Assembly (NCBI GenBank): GCA_040382515.1
Contig: JBEIFH010000001.1
Coordinates: 32,001-96,000, forward strand
Source: Chlamydiia bacterium
GTDB lineage: Bacteria > Chlamydiota > Chlamydiia > Chlamydiales > RGXB01
DNA length: 64,000 nt
Direction of reading: 5' to 3'
Shown: positions 19,944-29,600 of the stretch, piece after piece
How positions within the stretch are numbered: the first letter of the stretch is position 1
How the letters are laid out: each line of letters opens with the position of its first letter
Program-made: the position numbers and the translations under genes
The notes under the pieces: generated by a model
The model's database searches: none
Seen by the model: only the letters and a program-made list of their open reading frames with translations
Told to the model about the DNA's origin: nothing

Positions 19944-20528
19944 TTACCATTCGTTTCCGGCCTCGGGACTATTTTGTCCTCCGGGTGCATAGTATTTGGG
20001 TTTATTCGAGGGATCATATCTTCCACGGTTATCGGAATCCACCTCTTCATCCTCGGATGAACCGCTTCCGGAATACCCATCGCAAGCCTTGCTGGACATT
20101 TTACTCGGATTTTGGCTATTTAGGCCAGATGTTTCATTTGAGGAGGGCTTGAGCTGCTGTTCCAAGTCGTACCCCTCTTGAGTGGAATGGGATCCTGAGC
20201 CCTCTACGTTACTTGGTTCTTGATTGTTTTGTTCTGCATAATTCATCACAGCTTGATTTGGATCAACACCGTTCTGGATATCTTGTTTGACAGCCTGTTT
20301 TTGCTGAGGAGTCAATGTAGACCAGTACTGAGTCGCCTCATCATTTAATCCGGGGGGCGGAGTCGTATCCACACTTAGTTCATTGTATTCGTCCTGATCC
20401 TGATCCTGGTTTTGAGACTGCTGCGCAACCATGAAGGGTTTTTTTGAATTGACTTGGTATGTCAAGCTTCCCTTTAGGGCAAGTATCCCTAAAAGGGTCA
20501 ATAAAACTAGAGATAGGGTATAGCGCAT
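19944..20528 (-). CDS. hypothetical exported or membrane-anchored low-complexity (Q/N/S/E/D-rich) protein
   Basis: Long ORF with a hydrophobic N-terminus, ending 14 bp upstream of kdsB. Confidence 0.7.
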   Translation of the reverse strand: MRYTLSLVLLTLLGILALKGSLTYQVNSKKPFMVAQQSQNQDQDQDEYNELSVDTTPPPGLNDEATQYWSTLTPQQKQAVKQDIQNGVDPNQAVMNYAEQNNQEPSNVEGSGSHSTQEGYDLEQQLKPSSNETSGLNSQNPSKMSSKACDGYSGSGSSEDEEVDSDNRGRYDPSNKPKYYAPGGQNSPEAGNEW

Positions 20529-20623
20529 ACCAAGACCTTTTGATTCGACCTGTTTCACTTATTCCTATCGTTAATTTTGTTAAAAATTGTAAAGAAAAAA
20601 GTACAAAGTGTATGAGGTTGGAT

Positions 20624-21052
20624 ATGCCTGACTTTAAAAAACCCTTAGTCTGCAAAGGTTGTACCGAGCCGGCCAGCTTCACATTCAAGGAGATCAAGAA
20701 GGGTGAATCTACTTGTTACAGTTTATGCTCAAAGTGCCCTTTAAGAGAAAAGCTTCTGGATTTGAAAACGGAGGTACTCGCCTGCCCCAACTGTTCAAAG
20801 ACGCTACAAGAGATACAAACTTCTAAAACTGTCGGGTGCATTGATTGTTATACAACGTTCAAAGATACCTGCCACTCCCTTTTTCAATCTTTGAACCTGA
20901 GTGAATTTTCACCCCATACAAACTTTTCGGAAGTAGACATCCAAGAACTCCGCTCCTCATTGCAGGAGGCGATCGCGAAAGAGCTTTTTGAGGAGGCGGC
21001 GATCATCCGAGACAGACTAAAACAAATGTCCTCAAATTCGGGTGGCTTATGA
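20624..21052 (+). CDS. mcsA: McsA-like protein (four CxxC pairs plus UVR domain)
   Basis: CKGC, CSKC, CPNC, GCIDCY..F, LQEAIAKELFEEAAIIRDRLK. ATG follows GAGG. Confidence 0.85.
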   Translation: MPDFKKPLVCKGCTEPASFTFKEIKKGESTCYSLCSKCPLREKLLDLKTEVLACPNCSKTLQEIQTSKTVGCIDCYTTFKDTCHSLFQSLNLSEFSPHTNFSEVDIQELRSSLQEAIAKELFEEAAIIRDRLKQMSSNSGGL

Positions 21053-21642
21053 TCTTACATTTTATCCGCAACCTGGACCAGATCCCATTTGGTTCTTCCG
21101 AAGCCTCCCTGATCTTAAAAAAAGAGATTTCCGAAATTTTACAAGAGGGAAAATGGCTAGAACGGATCGAAGAAGCAGAGGAAAAGAGACTCCTCCAAGC
21201 CTATTTTTTCCACGAGCCCTACAAAGCACTCTTTTTTGATCCAAAAAGTAAGATTCTGATAGCTTTGGGTTCTTTCGATCATCTACACATTCTTTATGAC
21301 GGCGAGTATAAGGAATTAAAACCGGTTTTATCGACTCTTCATGCAAGGCTTCAGTTTGCCCATGACCCCAATTTCGGGTTTTTGACCACAAGACTCCACC
21401 AGACAGGAACAGGATTCAAAGGAAAATTCTTTCACCCTTTGCATTACCCGCAAACCCAACCGGGCATTGAAGCCGTACCCTATGAGGGGGGCTATATTTA
21501 CCAAAATCATCTCTCCATAGGGTGCTTAGAATCGACATGGATCGAGTCTTTGAAAAACCTGGAGAATTTGATACAAGAGCATATTGAAAAAATCAAGCAT
21601 CAGCCCAGTTCAGTTGCTCTAAAAATTTTTGGCAATCAATAA
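21049..21642 (+). CDS. mcsB: truncated, divergent McsB-like ATP:guanido phosphotransferase
   Basis: ATGA coupling to mcsA; RNL, DHLHI, FAHDPNFGFLTT..GTG and N.LSIG segments. Confidence 0.7.
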   Translation: MILHFIRNLDQIPFGSSEASLILKKEISEILQEGKWLERIEEAEEKRLLQAYFFHEPYKALFFDPKSKILIALGSFDHLHILYDGEYKELKPVLSTLHARLQFAHDPNFGFLTTRLHQTGTGFKGKFFHPLHYPQTQPGIEAVPYEGGYIYQNHLSIGCLESTWIESLKNLENLIQEHIEKIKHQPSSVALKIFGNQ

Positions 21643-21670
21643 GCTTTCAATAGAGTCTTATTAATTAGCA

Positions 21671-21699
21671 TTGAACCTTTCTAAAAGATCACTTAAGCT
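21671..21699 (+). promoter_or_regulatory. promoter of the ispD-SDR gene
   Basis: TTGAAC-17 bp-TAAGCT. Confidence 0.55.
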
Positions 21700-21728
21700 C
21701 TTTTTTGCAAATTTAACCCGAAAAGAGC

Positions 21729-23063
21729 ATGCTTGCAACTATGCATGCAGCTATTTTGTTGATCGGCGGAAAAAGCGAGAGGTTTTTAGACCCTTTTATA
21801 CCCAAACAATTCCAAAAACTGAGTGGAAAACGGGTCTTTGAGTATGCGCTTCATACCCTTTTGCAGTCCGGCGCCTTCTCCCAAATCTTACTGCCATGCC
21901 ATCTTGACTGGGTAGAGGCTTTGCGTCATGAACTGGCAAAATTCCAAGATAAAGTGGTGATTTTTGAAGGGGGGAACACGAGGCAGCAATCGGTGCAAAA
22001 AAGCCTGGAGCACCTGGATGATTCGATAAAAAATGTTCTGATTCATGACGGTGCAAGGCCTTTCTTAAGCCTTAAAATGATCGATGACATCCTCCAGGCC
22101 CTTGCTACCTACCCGGCAGCCGGCACCTACATCCCTTCCATGGACACAATCGGTGTTTGCCAAGAAAATTTCATTACGGAAATTCCCGATCGGAAAAAAA
22201 TGGTCCGAGGTCAAACGCCCCAAGGCTTTCATAAATCGCTACTACTGCAAGCACATGCTTTTGCTCAGGAAAGGGGGATACAAAATGCAACTTGCGACGT
22301 GCAACTTGCCCTGCAACTCAAGGCAAATGTCAAGAAAGTCGATGGAGAGGAGACAAATATCAAGATTACAACCCCTATCGATCTTACGATAGCCGAACAT
22401 CTTTTGAGACAAAAAACCCCATCCAATCCGATAAAGATAGAACTCTTTGGAAAAAAAATAGCTTTGATAGGGGCATCAGGGGGAATTGGGCAACATCTCC
22501 ACCATCAGCTTAAGCAAGAAGGTGCCGAGGTGATTCCCCTCTCAAGAACCTCCACCCCATTTGCAATAGACCTCACAAACCCCGATTCGATCCGAAAGAC
22601 ATCCGTTGAGATAAAAAAACACTTTAACGAACTGGATGGCTGCGTTTTTTCCGCGGGCTGCCTTTACAGGGGATCTATTGAATCTATCTCCCAAAAAAAA
22701 GCTCTCGAGATGGTGCAAGTGAATTTTTTAAGCCTTATCCCCCTTCTACAAAACCTCCCTCTGAAAAAAGGGGCCCTTTTTATCCTGATCGGCTCCTCCT
22801 CTTATTTCCGCGGAAGGAAGGAGATCGGCGTGTATTCGGCTACAAAGGCGGCCAGCATCAATTTACTTCAAAGCCTCCAAGAGGAGCGGCCAGATCTTAA
22901 AATACAGATTTATTGCCCAAAAAGAACCCTTACCCCAATGAGGATAAAGAGCTTTCCTGAGGAAGATCCTGCATCGCTTCAAGCCCCGAGCGAGGTTGCA
23001 AAATCTATCTTGAACCAAGTAAAGGGATATTTTTGTATAGGTGAGGTCTTGAGCGTCCTCTAA
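21729..23063 (+). CDS. bifunctional IspD/TarI-type cytidylyltransferase fused to an SDR oxidoreductase
   Basis: N-half: PKQF, GGNTRQQSV, LIHDGARPF, QTPQGF, NIKITTPIDL. C-half: GASGGIG, SSSY.RGR, YSATK. Confidence 0.88.
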   Translation: MLATMHAAILLIGGKSERFLDPFIPKQFQKLSGKRVFEYALHTLLQSGAFSQILLPCHLDWVEALRHELAKFQDKVVIFEGGNTRQQSVQKSLEHLDDSIKNVLIHDGARPFLSLKMIDDILQALATYPAAGTYIPSMDTIGVCQENFITEIPDRKKMVRGQTPQGFHKSLLLQAHAFAQERGIQNATCDVQLALQLKANVKKVDGEETNIKITTPIDLTIAEHLLRQKTPSNPIKIELFGKKIALIGASGGIGQHLHHQLKQEGAEVIPLSRTSTPFAIDLTNPDSIRKTSVEIKKHFNELDGCVFSAGCLYRGSIESISQKKALEMVQVNFLSLIPLLQNLPLKKGALFILIGSSSYFRGRKEIGVYSATKAASINLLQSLQEERPDLKIQIYCPKRTLTPMRIKSFPEEDPASLQAPSEVAKSILNQVKGYFCIGEVLSVL

Positions 23064-23070
23064 AAAATAA

Positions 23071-23097
23071 AAAAACCTCCTAAAATTAGGAGGTTTT
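23071..23097. terminator. bidirectional terminator between ispD-SDR and the tRNA pair
   Basis: AAAACCTCCTAA-aa-TTAGGAGGTTTT inverted repeat flanked by A and T tracts. Confidence 0.8.
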
Positions 23098-23106
23098 GTA
23101 AAAGTT

Positions 23107-23179
23107 TGAGACATGTTGGACTCGAACCAACGACCCTCTCATTAAAAGTGAGATGCTCTACCAACTGAGCTAATGTCTC
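23107..23179 (-). tRNA. tRNA-Lys (UUU), CCA not encoded
   Basis: GAGACAT..TAGCTCAGTTGGTAGAGC, anticodon loop CTTTTAA, GGTTCGAGTCC, ATGTCTCA. Confidence 0.96.
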
Positions 23180-23186
23180 GGTATAT

Positions 23187-23259
23187 TGACCCTTCGGGGA
23201 TTCGAACCCCGGTTGCAAGGATGAAAACCTTGTGTCCTAGGCCTCTAGACGAAAGGGCC
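23187..23259 (-). tRNA. tRNA-Glu (UUC), CCA not encoded
   Basis: GGCCCTTTCGTCTAGAGGCCTAGGAC, anticodon loop TTTTCAT, GGTTCGAATCC, AAGGGTCA. Confidence 0.95.
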
Positions 23260-23276
23260 GCGCTAGTGATGGCACT

Positions 23277-23306
23277 AATATAGCAACACCGGCTATTTTT
23301 TCGCAA
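23277..23306 (-). promoter_or_regulatory. promoter of tRNA-Glu/tRNA-Lys
   Basis: TTGCGA-18 bp-TATATT with an extended -10 TG. Confidence 0.55.
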
Positions 23307-23312
23307 ATATTT

Positions 23313-23849
23313 TCAAACTTCTTGCAGTTCTTTCTCTTTCTCAGCTAGGGCAGCATCAATTTCCTTGATAGCCTGGTCGGTCATCTCCTGGGCTTTTTTC
23401 TCCCCTTTTTTCTGCAAATCCTCAGTGATCTCATTTTGAGATTTCTGCTTTTTGAGAAGGTCGATCATCTCTTTGCGATGTTGTCTGACAGAAATTTTCG
23501 CCTCTTCGGCTTTTTTAGATGCAAGCTTCAAAGTCTCTTGACGAGTCTCTTTGGATGGGGGGGAAAAATTCACTCTGACTTGCCCTTTTTCCATAATGAC
23601 CTGGGCATAGCTGGAAGACTCTTCTATCGCTTTAGATACCGCCTGAGCCATCGACGGGTCATAAAGAACGATCAAAATCTGGCGATCATGACAGGAAATC
23701 TGTCCGCAAGATTTCAACGGTTTTAAAGCTCCCATCATATCCACTTTCACGTGATCTAGCGTTTGTGCCGTAATCCGGCCCGAGCGTAATTTCTTCAGCT
23801 CTATTTTAAAGTGTTCGATCGTTTCGCTATTTTTCTTTTTTAGATCCAT
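23313..23849 (-). CDS. frr: ribosome recycling factor
   Basis: LKKLRSGR, PPSKETR, AEEAKISVRQHR, ITED, KEKELQEV; follows pyrH. Confidence 0.93.
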   Translation of the reverse strand: MDLKKKNSETIEHFKIELKKLRSGRITAQTLDHVKVDMMGALKPLKSCGQISCHDRQILIVLYDPSMAQAVSKAIEESSSYAQVIMEKGQVRVNFSPPSKETRQETLKLASKKAEEAKISVRQHRKEMIDLLKKQKSQNEITEDLQKKGEKKAQEMTDQAIKEIDAALAEKEKELQEV

Positions 23850-24510
23850 AAATATGTGTGCCTAAAGTTTCGTCTTTGAGAATTTGATCCAATAGACCAA
23901 AGGAAAAAACACGGATTGGGACCGGATGCTCTTTCAATAAAGCAAACGCCGTCTGATCCATCACTTTTAAATCCTTTTCTATCGCCTCTTGGTAGGTGAG
24001 TTGTAAAAATCTATTTGCAGCCGCGTGTTTTTTTGGGTCTTTGTCGTATACACCGTCTACATTTGTAGCTTTTAAAATCTGATCCGCATCCAAGTCTATG
24101 GCATAAAATGCGGCTGCGGAATCGGTAGAAAAATAGGGAAGGCCTGTGCCATAAGCCAAAAAGGCGACACCCCCACCATTCAACCACATATCCACTTCAG
24201 ATCTTTGATAAAGAACCTCCGCGGCAATCGGCTTGGCTGTAAAAACCCTGCCCATTCCTTTTAAATAACTGCTGACAACTTTAGCATTCATCACAGTTGC
24301 CAACATCCCCACTTCATCAGCTAAACCTCTAAAAATCGAAGAGCCGGCATCTCTTCCACGGTACAGATTTCCTGCACCAAGGACAACAGCCAGCTCAGCG
24401 TGCTTTGAAAGCTCGATTAGAGTGTTTGCTAAAGAAGCAGCTTTACCTTCAGAGATCATCGGAGAAAGAATTTCTCCGGAGATCTTTAGGACAAAGCGCC
24501 TTTTTTGCAT
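23827..24510 (-). CDS. pyrH: UMP kinase
   Basis: VLKISGE, GNLYRG, GMLATVMNA, PYFSTDSAAA, VDGVYDKDP, VMDQTA. Confidence 0.93.
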   Translation of the reverse strand: MQKRRFVLKISGEILSPMISEGKAASLANTLIELSKHAELAVVLGAGNLYRGRDAGSSIFRGLADEVGMLATVMNAKVVSSYLKGMGRVFTAKPIAAEVLYQRSEVDMWLNGGGVAFLAYGTGLPYFSTDSAAAFYAIDLDADQILKATNVDGVYDKDPKKHAAANRFLQLTYQEAIEKDLKVMDQTAFALLKEHPVPIRVFSFGLLDQILKDETLGTHIYGSKKEK

Positions 24511-24514
24511 GCAA

Positions 24515-25339
24515 TTAAACCCCGACTTGTACTCGAACAAAAGAGGAGATAATCGTTAGATCACCCGCTCCAAGCTCCTTACCTTTTTTACGCACATACT
24601 CTTCAATTGTCAAGGACTCATCTTTGATGAACTTTTGCTTTTTCAAACAAACTTCAGCAAAGTAGGTGTTCTTTTTACCCTCGATAATTTTTTGTACCAC
24701 GTTTTCCGGTTTCCCGTGAATTTGTGCGCGTGCAATCTCTTCCTCTTTGGAAATGATCTCACTTGGCACATCTTCGGGATCCAGGTATTGCGGGTGGGCA
24801 GCTGCACAATGCATCGCAACTTCTTTGGCAACATCTCCCATGTGGGCGCCTTTAATATCTACAACACAAACGATTTTTCCATCGCCGTGGACATAGATAC
24901 CATAAGAATGCCCCTCTTTTTTCTCAAAAAGGGTGTAGCGGTTGACTACGATGTTTTCCCCGATTTTCCCAACCAAAGCGGCTCTTCTTTCTTCGCAAAG
25001 TTCACGAAGAGCTTCTAGAGTCTTTGGATGGTTATGCAAAGCGAGCTCTGTTACCGACTGGGCAAAATCACGATAATCATCGTTGCGCACCACGAAATCC
25101 GTTTCACAATTAACTTCAACAACTGCGATCCTGTGGGAGTCGTCAGCTACTCGAATCACACCCTCATTTGCTTCACGAGTGGCTTTTTTGGCCGCTTGAG
25201 CCAAGCCTCTCTTGCGCAAATGCTCCAATGCAAGGTCAAAATTTCCGCCGGCTTCGTCCAAAGCCTTTTTGCAATCTTGCATTCCAACTCCGCTCACCTC
25301 ACGCAGGCGAACAACATCTTTTGCAGAAACTACGCTCAT
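24515..25339 (-). CDS. tsf: elongation factor Ts
   Basis: LREVSGVGMQDCKKAL, EVNCETDFV, KIGENI, AMHCAA. Confidence 0.97.
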   Translation of the reverse strand: MSVVSAKDVVRLREVSGVGMQDCKKALDEAGGNFDLALEHLRKRGLAQAAKKATREANEGVIRVADDSHRIAVVEVNCETDFVVRNDDYRDFAQSVTELALHNHPKTLEALRELCEERRAALVGKIGENIVVNRYTLFEKKEGHSYGIYVHGDGKIVCVVDIKGAHMGDVAKEVAMHCAAAHPQYLDPEDVPSEIISKEEEIARAQIHGKPENVVQKIIEGKKNTYFAEVCLKKQKFIKDESLTIEEYVRKKGKELGAGDLTIISSFVRVQVGV

Positions 25340-26154
25340 TTTGCTACCTCAGCTACTGCCTCTCTGCGAGGACGACGTGGTCTATCAGATTTTTTAGCTT
25401 CGCGCTCTTTTTCAAACCCTTCGCCTTTTTCCGCTTTTTCAGAAGAATCTTCGCGTTGATGCCCAGCCGCCTCTTCTTTTGCAACTTTGATCGCGCCGGA
25501 TAGGGCATCAAGGATCACTTTAACGCTTTTTTGCGCATCGTCGTTTGCAGGGATCACATAATCGATCAAAGAAGGATCGCAGTTTGTGTCCACAATTGCC
25601 ATCACGGGGATGTTCAGTTTCTTCGCTTCTAAAACCGCAATATCCTCTTTGCTTGGATCTACTACAATCATCAGGCCGGGAGCTCTACGCATCCCGCGGA
25701 TACCAGAAAGGTTACGACTCAATTTAACTTGATCTTTTCCGAGAAGAAGTCGCTCTTTTTTCGTGTATTCGTTGTTTTCAGAAGCAAGTTTTTTTTCCAG
25801 GCTTTCCAGCTTTTTTACCGATTTGCGAATCGTTGCGAGGTTCGTCAGCATCCCGCCCAACCAGCGCTCGGATACGTAAAACTCTTGGCAAGCTTCCGCC
25901 GTCTCTTTTACGACGTCTTTAGCTTGTTTTTTTGTCCCAACGAAAAGGACGCTTTTGTGTTTGGAAACAATCGCTTTTGCCGCCTCTATTGCTTTTTTAA
26001 GCTGATGTACGGTTTTGGAAAGGTCGATGATGTGGATGCCGTTCTCTTCAGAGAAGATAAAACGCTTCATTTTTGGGTTCCAACGACGCGTTTGGTGTCC
26101 AAAATGGGCACCCGCCTCGATGAGCTCCTTGATTGTTGGCTCTTTATGGCTCAA
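25336..26154 (-). CDS. rpsB: 30S ribosomal protein S2
   Basis: AGAHFGHQTRRWNPKM, FVGTKKQA, RWLGGMLTN, DTNCDP, PANDDA. TTG start after GGAG. Confidence 0.98.
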   Translation of the reverse strand: MSHKEPTIKELIEAGAHFGHQTRRWNPKMKRFIFSEENGIHIIDLSKTVHQLKKAIEAAKAIVSKHKSVLFVGTKKQAKDVVKETAEACQEFYVSERWLGGMLTNLATIRKSVKKLESLEKKLASENNEYTKKERLLLGKDQVKLSRNLSGIRGMRRAPGLMIVVDPSKEDIAVLEAKKLNIPVMAIVDTNCDPSLIDYVIPANDDAQKSVKVILDALSGAIKVAKEEAAGHQREDSSEKAEKGEGFEKEREAKKSDRPRRPRREAVAEVAK

Positions 26155-26293
26155 AATAACTCCTTAGCATTCCCCTCTCCGGGCGCCGTCCCGGGCGATA
26201 GGGTTCGTTTATGCCAAAGTCACATCAAAATTTTGTTTTTACTTTAGAGGAATTCTATCGCTTGTAAAAACGATGGACCGGCCGGCTGGGGGA

Positions 26294-26322
26294 AGCATAG
26301 CAGATTCATATGTTTTTTTAAA
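26294..26322 (-). promoter_or_regulatory. promoter of rpsB-tsf-pyrH-frr
   Basis: TTTAAA-17 bp-TATGCT with extended -10 TG, followed by a GC-rich discriminator. Confidence 0.55.
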
Positions 26323-26359
26323 GAGGAAAGAGCAGATTGGCTTTATAGAGAATAGAAAA

Positions 26360-26430
26360 AGCGCCCAGTCGGAATCGAACCGACACTAACAGCTTGGAAG
26401 GCTGTAGTTCTACCTTTAAACTATGAGCGC
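26360..26430 (-). tRNA. tRNA-Gly (UCC), CCA not encoded
   Basis: GCGCTCA..AGTTTAAAGGTAGAAC, anticodon loop CTTCCAA, GGTTCGATTCC, TGGGCGCT. Confidence 0.95.
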
Positions 26431-26635
26431 TTAAAAGGTACCTAAAGTATTCCAGATCTGTACATTTTTTGAAAAGTGAAAAGATTGAGCCTGTATTTGA
26501 AAAAAAGTCTATATGGTCGCATTTTTGCAGCTCTTTACTAAAGATGTGGAGCTGAAAAAAAATCAAAAATAGAACTTTCTAAATTTTAAAAGATACGCCA
26601 TTCCCAAAAAAACTTTTTTTTAGGAGACTGTCTAC

Positions 26636-29600
26636 ATGCGCAATCGCTCCATGAACCACACCCTTTTTGCACTGCTTATTTTTGCAACCGCCTTTTTTGT
26701 CCTGTTTTGCCGCGTCGCTTATCTCACCTTATGGATGCACGACTCGTATTTGGAGCAATCGAAGGGGCCCAGGGAGCTTTCGATCCATCTGGAACCTGAC
26801 AGGGGGACGATTCGGGATTGTAATAACCGCCCTCTTGTCATCAATCGCATCGCCTATGAGATAGGAATCACTTTTGATAAAATTGCACTTTTACCTCGCG
26901 TGTCTGTACGAAACGGCCAAAAAACCTTCCCTAGAAAAGAGTATATTGAAACCCTATCTGTTTTTTTAGCCACAAAACTACAGATCGACAGACAATCGAT
27001 TGAGGATATGATCTTTTCAAAAGCGGCCCTGTTTCCCAACACTTTTTTTCCTCTGAAACAGGATGTGGAAGAGGGGCTGTTTTACCTCTTAAAAATGGAG
27101 GAGAAAAACTGGCCCGGGCTCGACGTGAGGATCCGTTCAAAACGCCACTACCCACAAGGACCGGTGGGGTTGAACGTTTTAGGCCTTTTAGGTCCGATCC
27201 AAAGTACGCAGATGGCTCAGCTCCAGCATGAATTAGAGGTATTGAGATCGTTTTTAAACAAAAGAAACGAGGGGATAGCCGCCCCGCTACCTGTCGGTTT
27301 TTTTTCATTTCAAAAAGCCCAAGAGCGTTATCAGGAGCTTCAAAAGCTCAACTACCGGCTCCATTCCTTTGTAGGCCGGGGAGGAGTTGAGGAGGTTTAC
27401 GACAACCATCTGCGCGGATTTCCCGGAAAAGAGCGCTTTGAAGTAGATGTGAAAGGGCGATTTTTAAGGAAACTCCCCGAGTCTGTCGATCCCCTACCAG
27501 GCAAACGGCTCCTTTTAACTATAGACTTGGAACTTCAAAAGCACGCGGAAGAGCTCTTGATCCAAAATGAAAAAGAGCGTGACGACCAGTTCAAACTTTT
27601 GAGCAAGGACCACAGCAAAATTGCAGCCCCGTTCATCAAAGGGGGTGCTATTGTTGTTTTGGATCCTAAAACTTCGGCAGTCTTGTCCCTTGCCTCCTAC
27701 CCTCGGATGCATCCCGGCATGGATCCACAAATGTGGCTGGAATCCCCTGACCATATACTAGAAATTTTTGATGGTGCAAAGCCCCTGATGAAAGAGCGGC
27801 TGGACCCCAGAACAAAACAGCCCTTTTTTGAGACCTCCTATTTGACGTACGAGATGTTTTTGGACCAGATTTTATCAACCGACTGTCAGGTAAAGAGATC
27901 CCTTTCAAAACTCAAAACAGTTGGAAAAATGCTTTTCTTGCAACAGGCGATCATGACTTTGCTACACCATTTCCAACAACAGTCGGTGCAAGCTCTTTTA
28001 GATGGCCTCTTCAACACCGATCCTCACCAAGTCCATTTTAATGTTCCGGAGGAGTTCTGTTATGAACAACAATTCCTTTCCCCTCTATTTTCAAACATCC
28101 GCCATTCGAAAGACCGGCTGTTGCTGTATGATCTTTGCCATCTTTTTGCCCCACTGGAAAACTTTAGCGATTCTCTTAAGATAGCGCTTACCGATGAACC
28201 TGTAGAACATTTTGTGGCGTTGTGCCAACAAATTCGAAAACTTGAAAAAGAGGTCAAAAAGCAGAGTCGTCTTCTTTTCAAAACCACTTACATGCCCGTT
28301 TTCAGAAAAAATTATTTCCCCTCCTTTTTACAACAAATCCGCAAAAACGGTGGGAAGCTCCCCTATTTGGACTATCTAAAGCCCAAAGAGGAGGAGTTCT
28401 TTGAGACTTTTTATGAGAGAAACCGCCCCCTTCTCATCTCCTCTGCACTCTTGGGGGCAAATATTGCACCTTTATTTGATCCCAAATATCGGTTGTGTGA
28501 AGAGCTCTCCAAAATCCCTTCTGTCCCTCAAATTCAAAAAAGATTGCAAGATTTTCCAGCCCACCTGATACAAAATCTGGTGCAGGTTGTCCGAACAAGC
28601 AAAATGCTCAACGGACATGAGAAGCAGCTTGCCCAGGGATTTTACCCAAGGCATGGTTTCGGTTTTTTTCGCTCTTTTGCGTACCAGGAATCGGCCCCTT
28701 TGGGCTCGATTTTTAAAATCGTTTCAGGGTATGCGGGGCTTAAAAGACATTTGGAAAAAGAGCTCGATTTCACCAAACCTTTTGATCCGAATCCACTCAC
28801 TATACGTGATGAAGGACCAAGGGGGGACCCTCTGGATCCGAAAAACATCCTCGGGTTTTTGCAAGACGGCACTCCAATCACCAGAAATTTCCGCGGTGGC
28901 CGTTTGCCCAGAAGCGACCATCCGATCGGTAAATGCGATCTTGAAAGGGCCATAGAGCAGTCCTCCAACATCTATTTTTCTTTACTGGCCGAGGGGGCGA
29001 ATGAAGAGCTTTTGAGCGCTTCAAAATCGATGGGCCTGGGTTCAAGGACCGGGATCGATTTGCCTATGGAAATCGGCGGCACGCTCCCCTTTGACTTAAG
29101 CTATAACAAAACGGGTTTATACGCTTTTGCCATCGGCCAACACCTGCTCACAGTCACCCCGCTACAAGTCGCAAATTTGCTCGGAGCGTTAGTGAACGAG
29201 GGGCAAGTGAAAAAGCCCCGTGTTGCCAAAGCCCTTTTAGGCGCCTATACCCCTCAGCAAACAACTCTGAAAAGATTTGAACAGTATTTTGCACCGTTCC
29301 ACCTGCAACCTGCCCTATTTTCAAAAACTCTGAACCACAGTCTGGCCCCGTTTGTTCTCCCCTTTGAATCGCAAACGGTGCGCGCATTTGCATTCCCCAA
29401 GGAGCTCTCTTATCCGCTCCTTAAAGGGATGCACAAAGTTTTGAATGGGGAGAGAGGTGGCGCAAGGCCCGAAGCGATCCGCACCTATTTCCGCCATCCG
29501 GAAATGAAAAAAGATTATAACAAGCTGCGCCCTTACCTTATTGGAAAAACTGCGACAGCTCAAATAAGCTACCGCCCTTTTTTAGATAAGGAGGGGGAAT

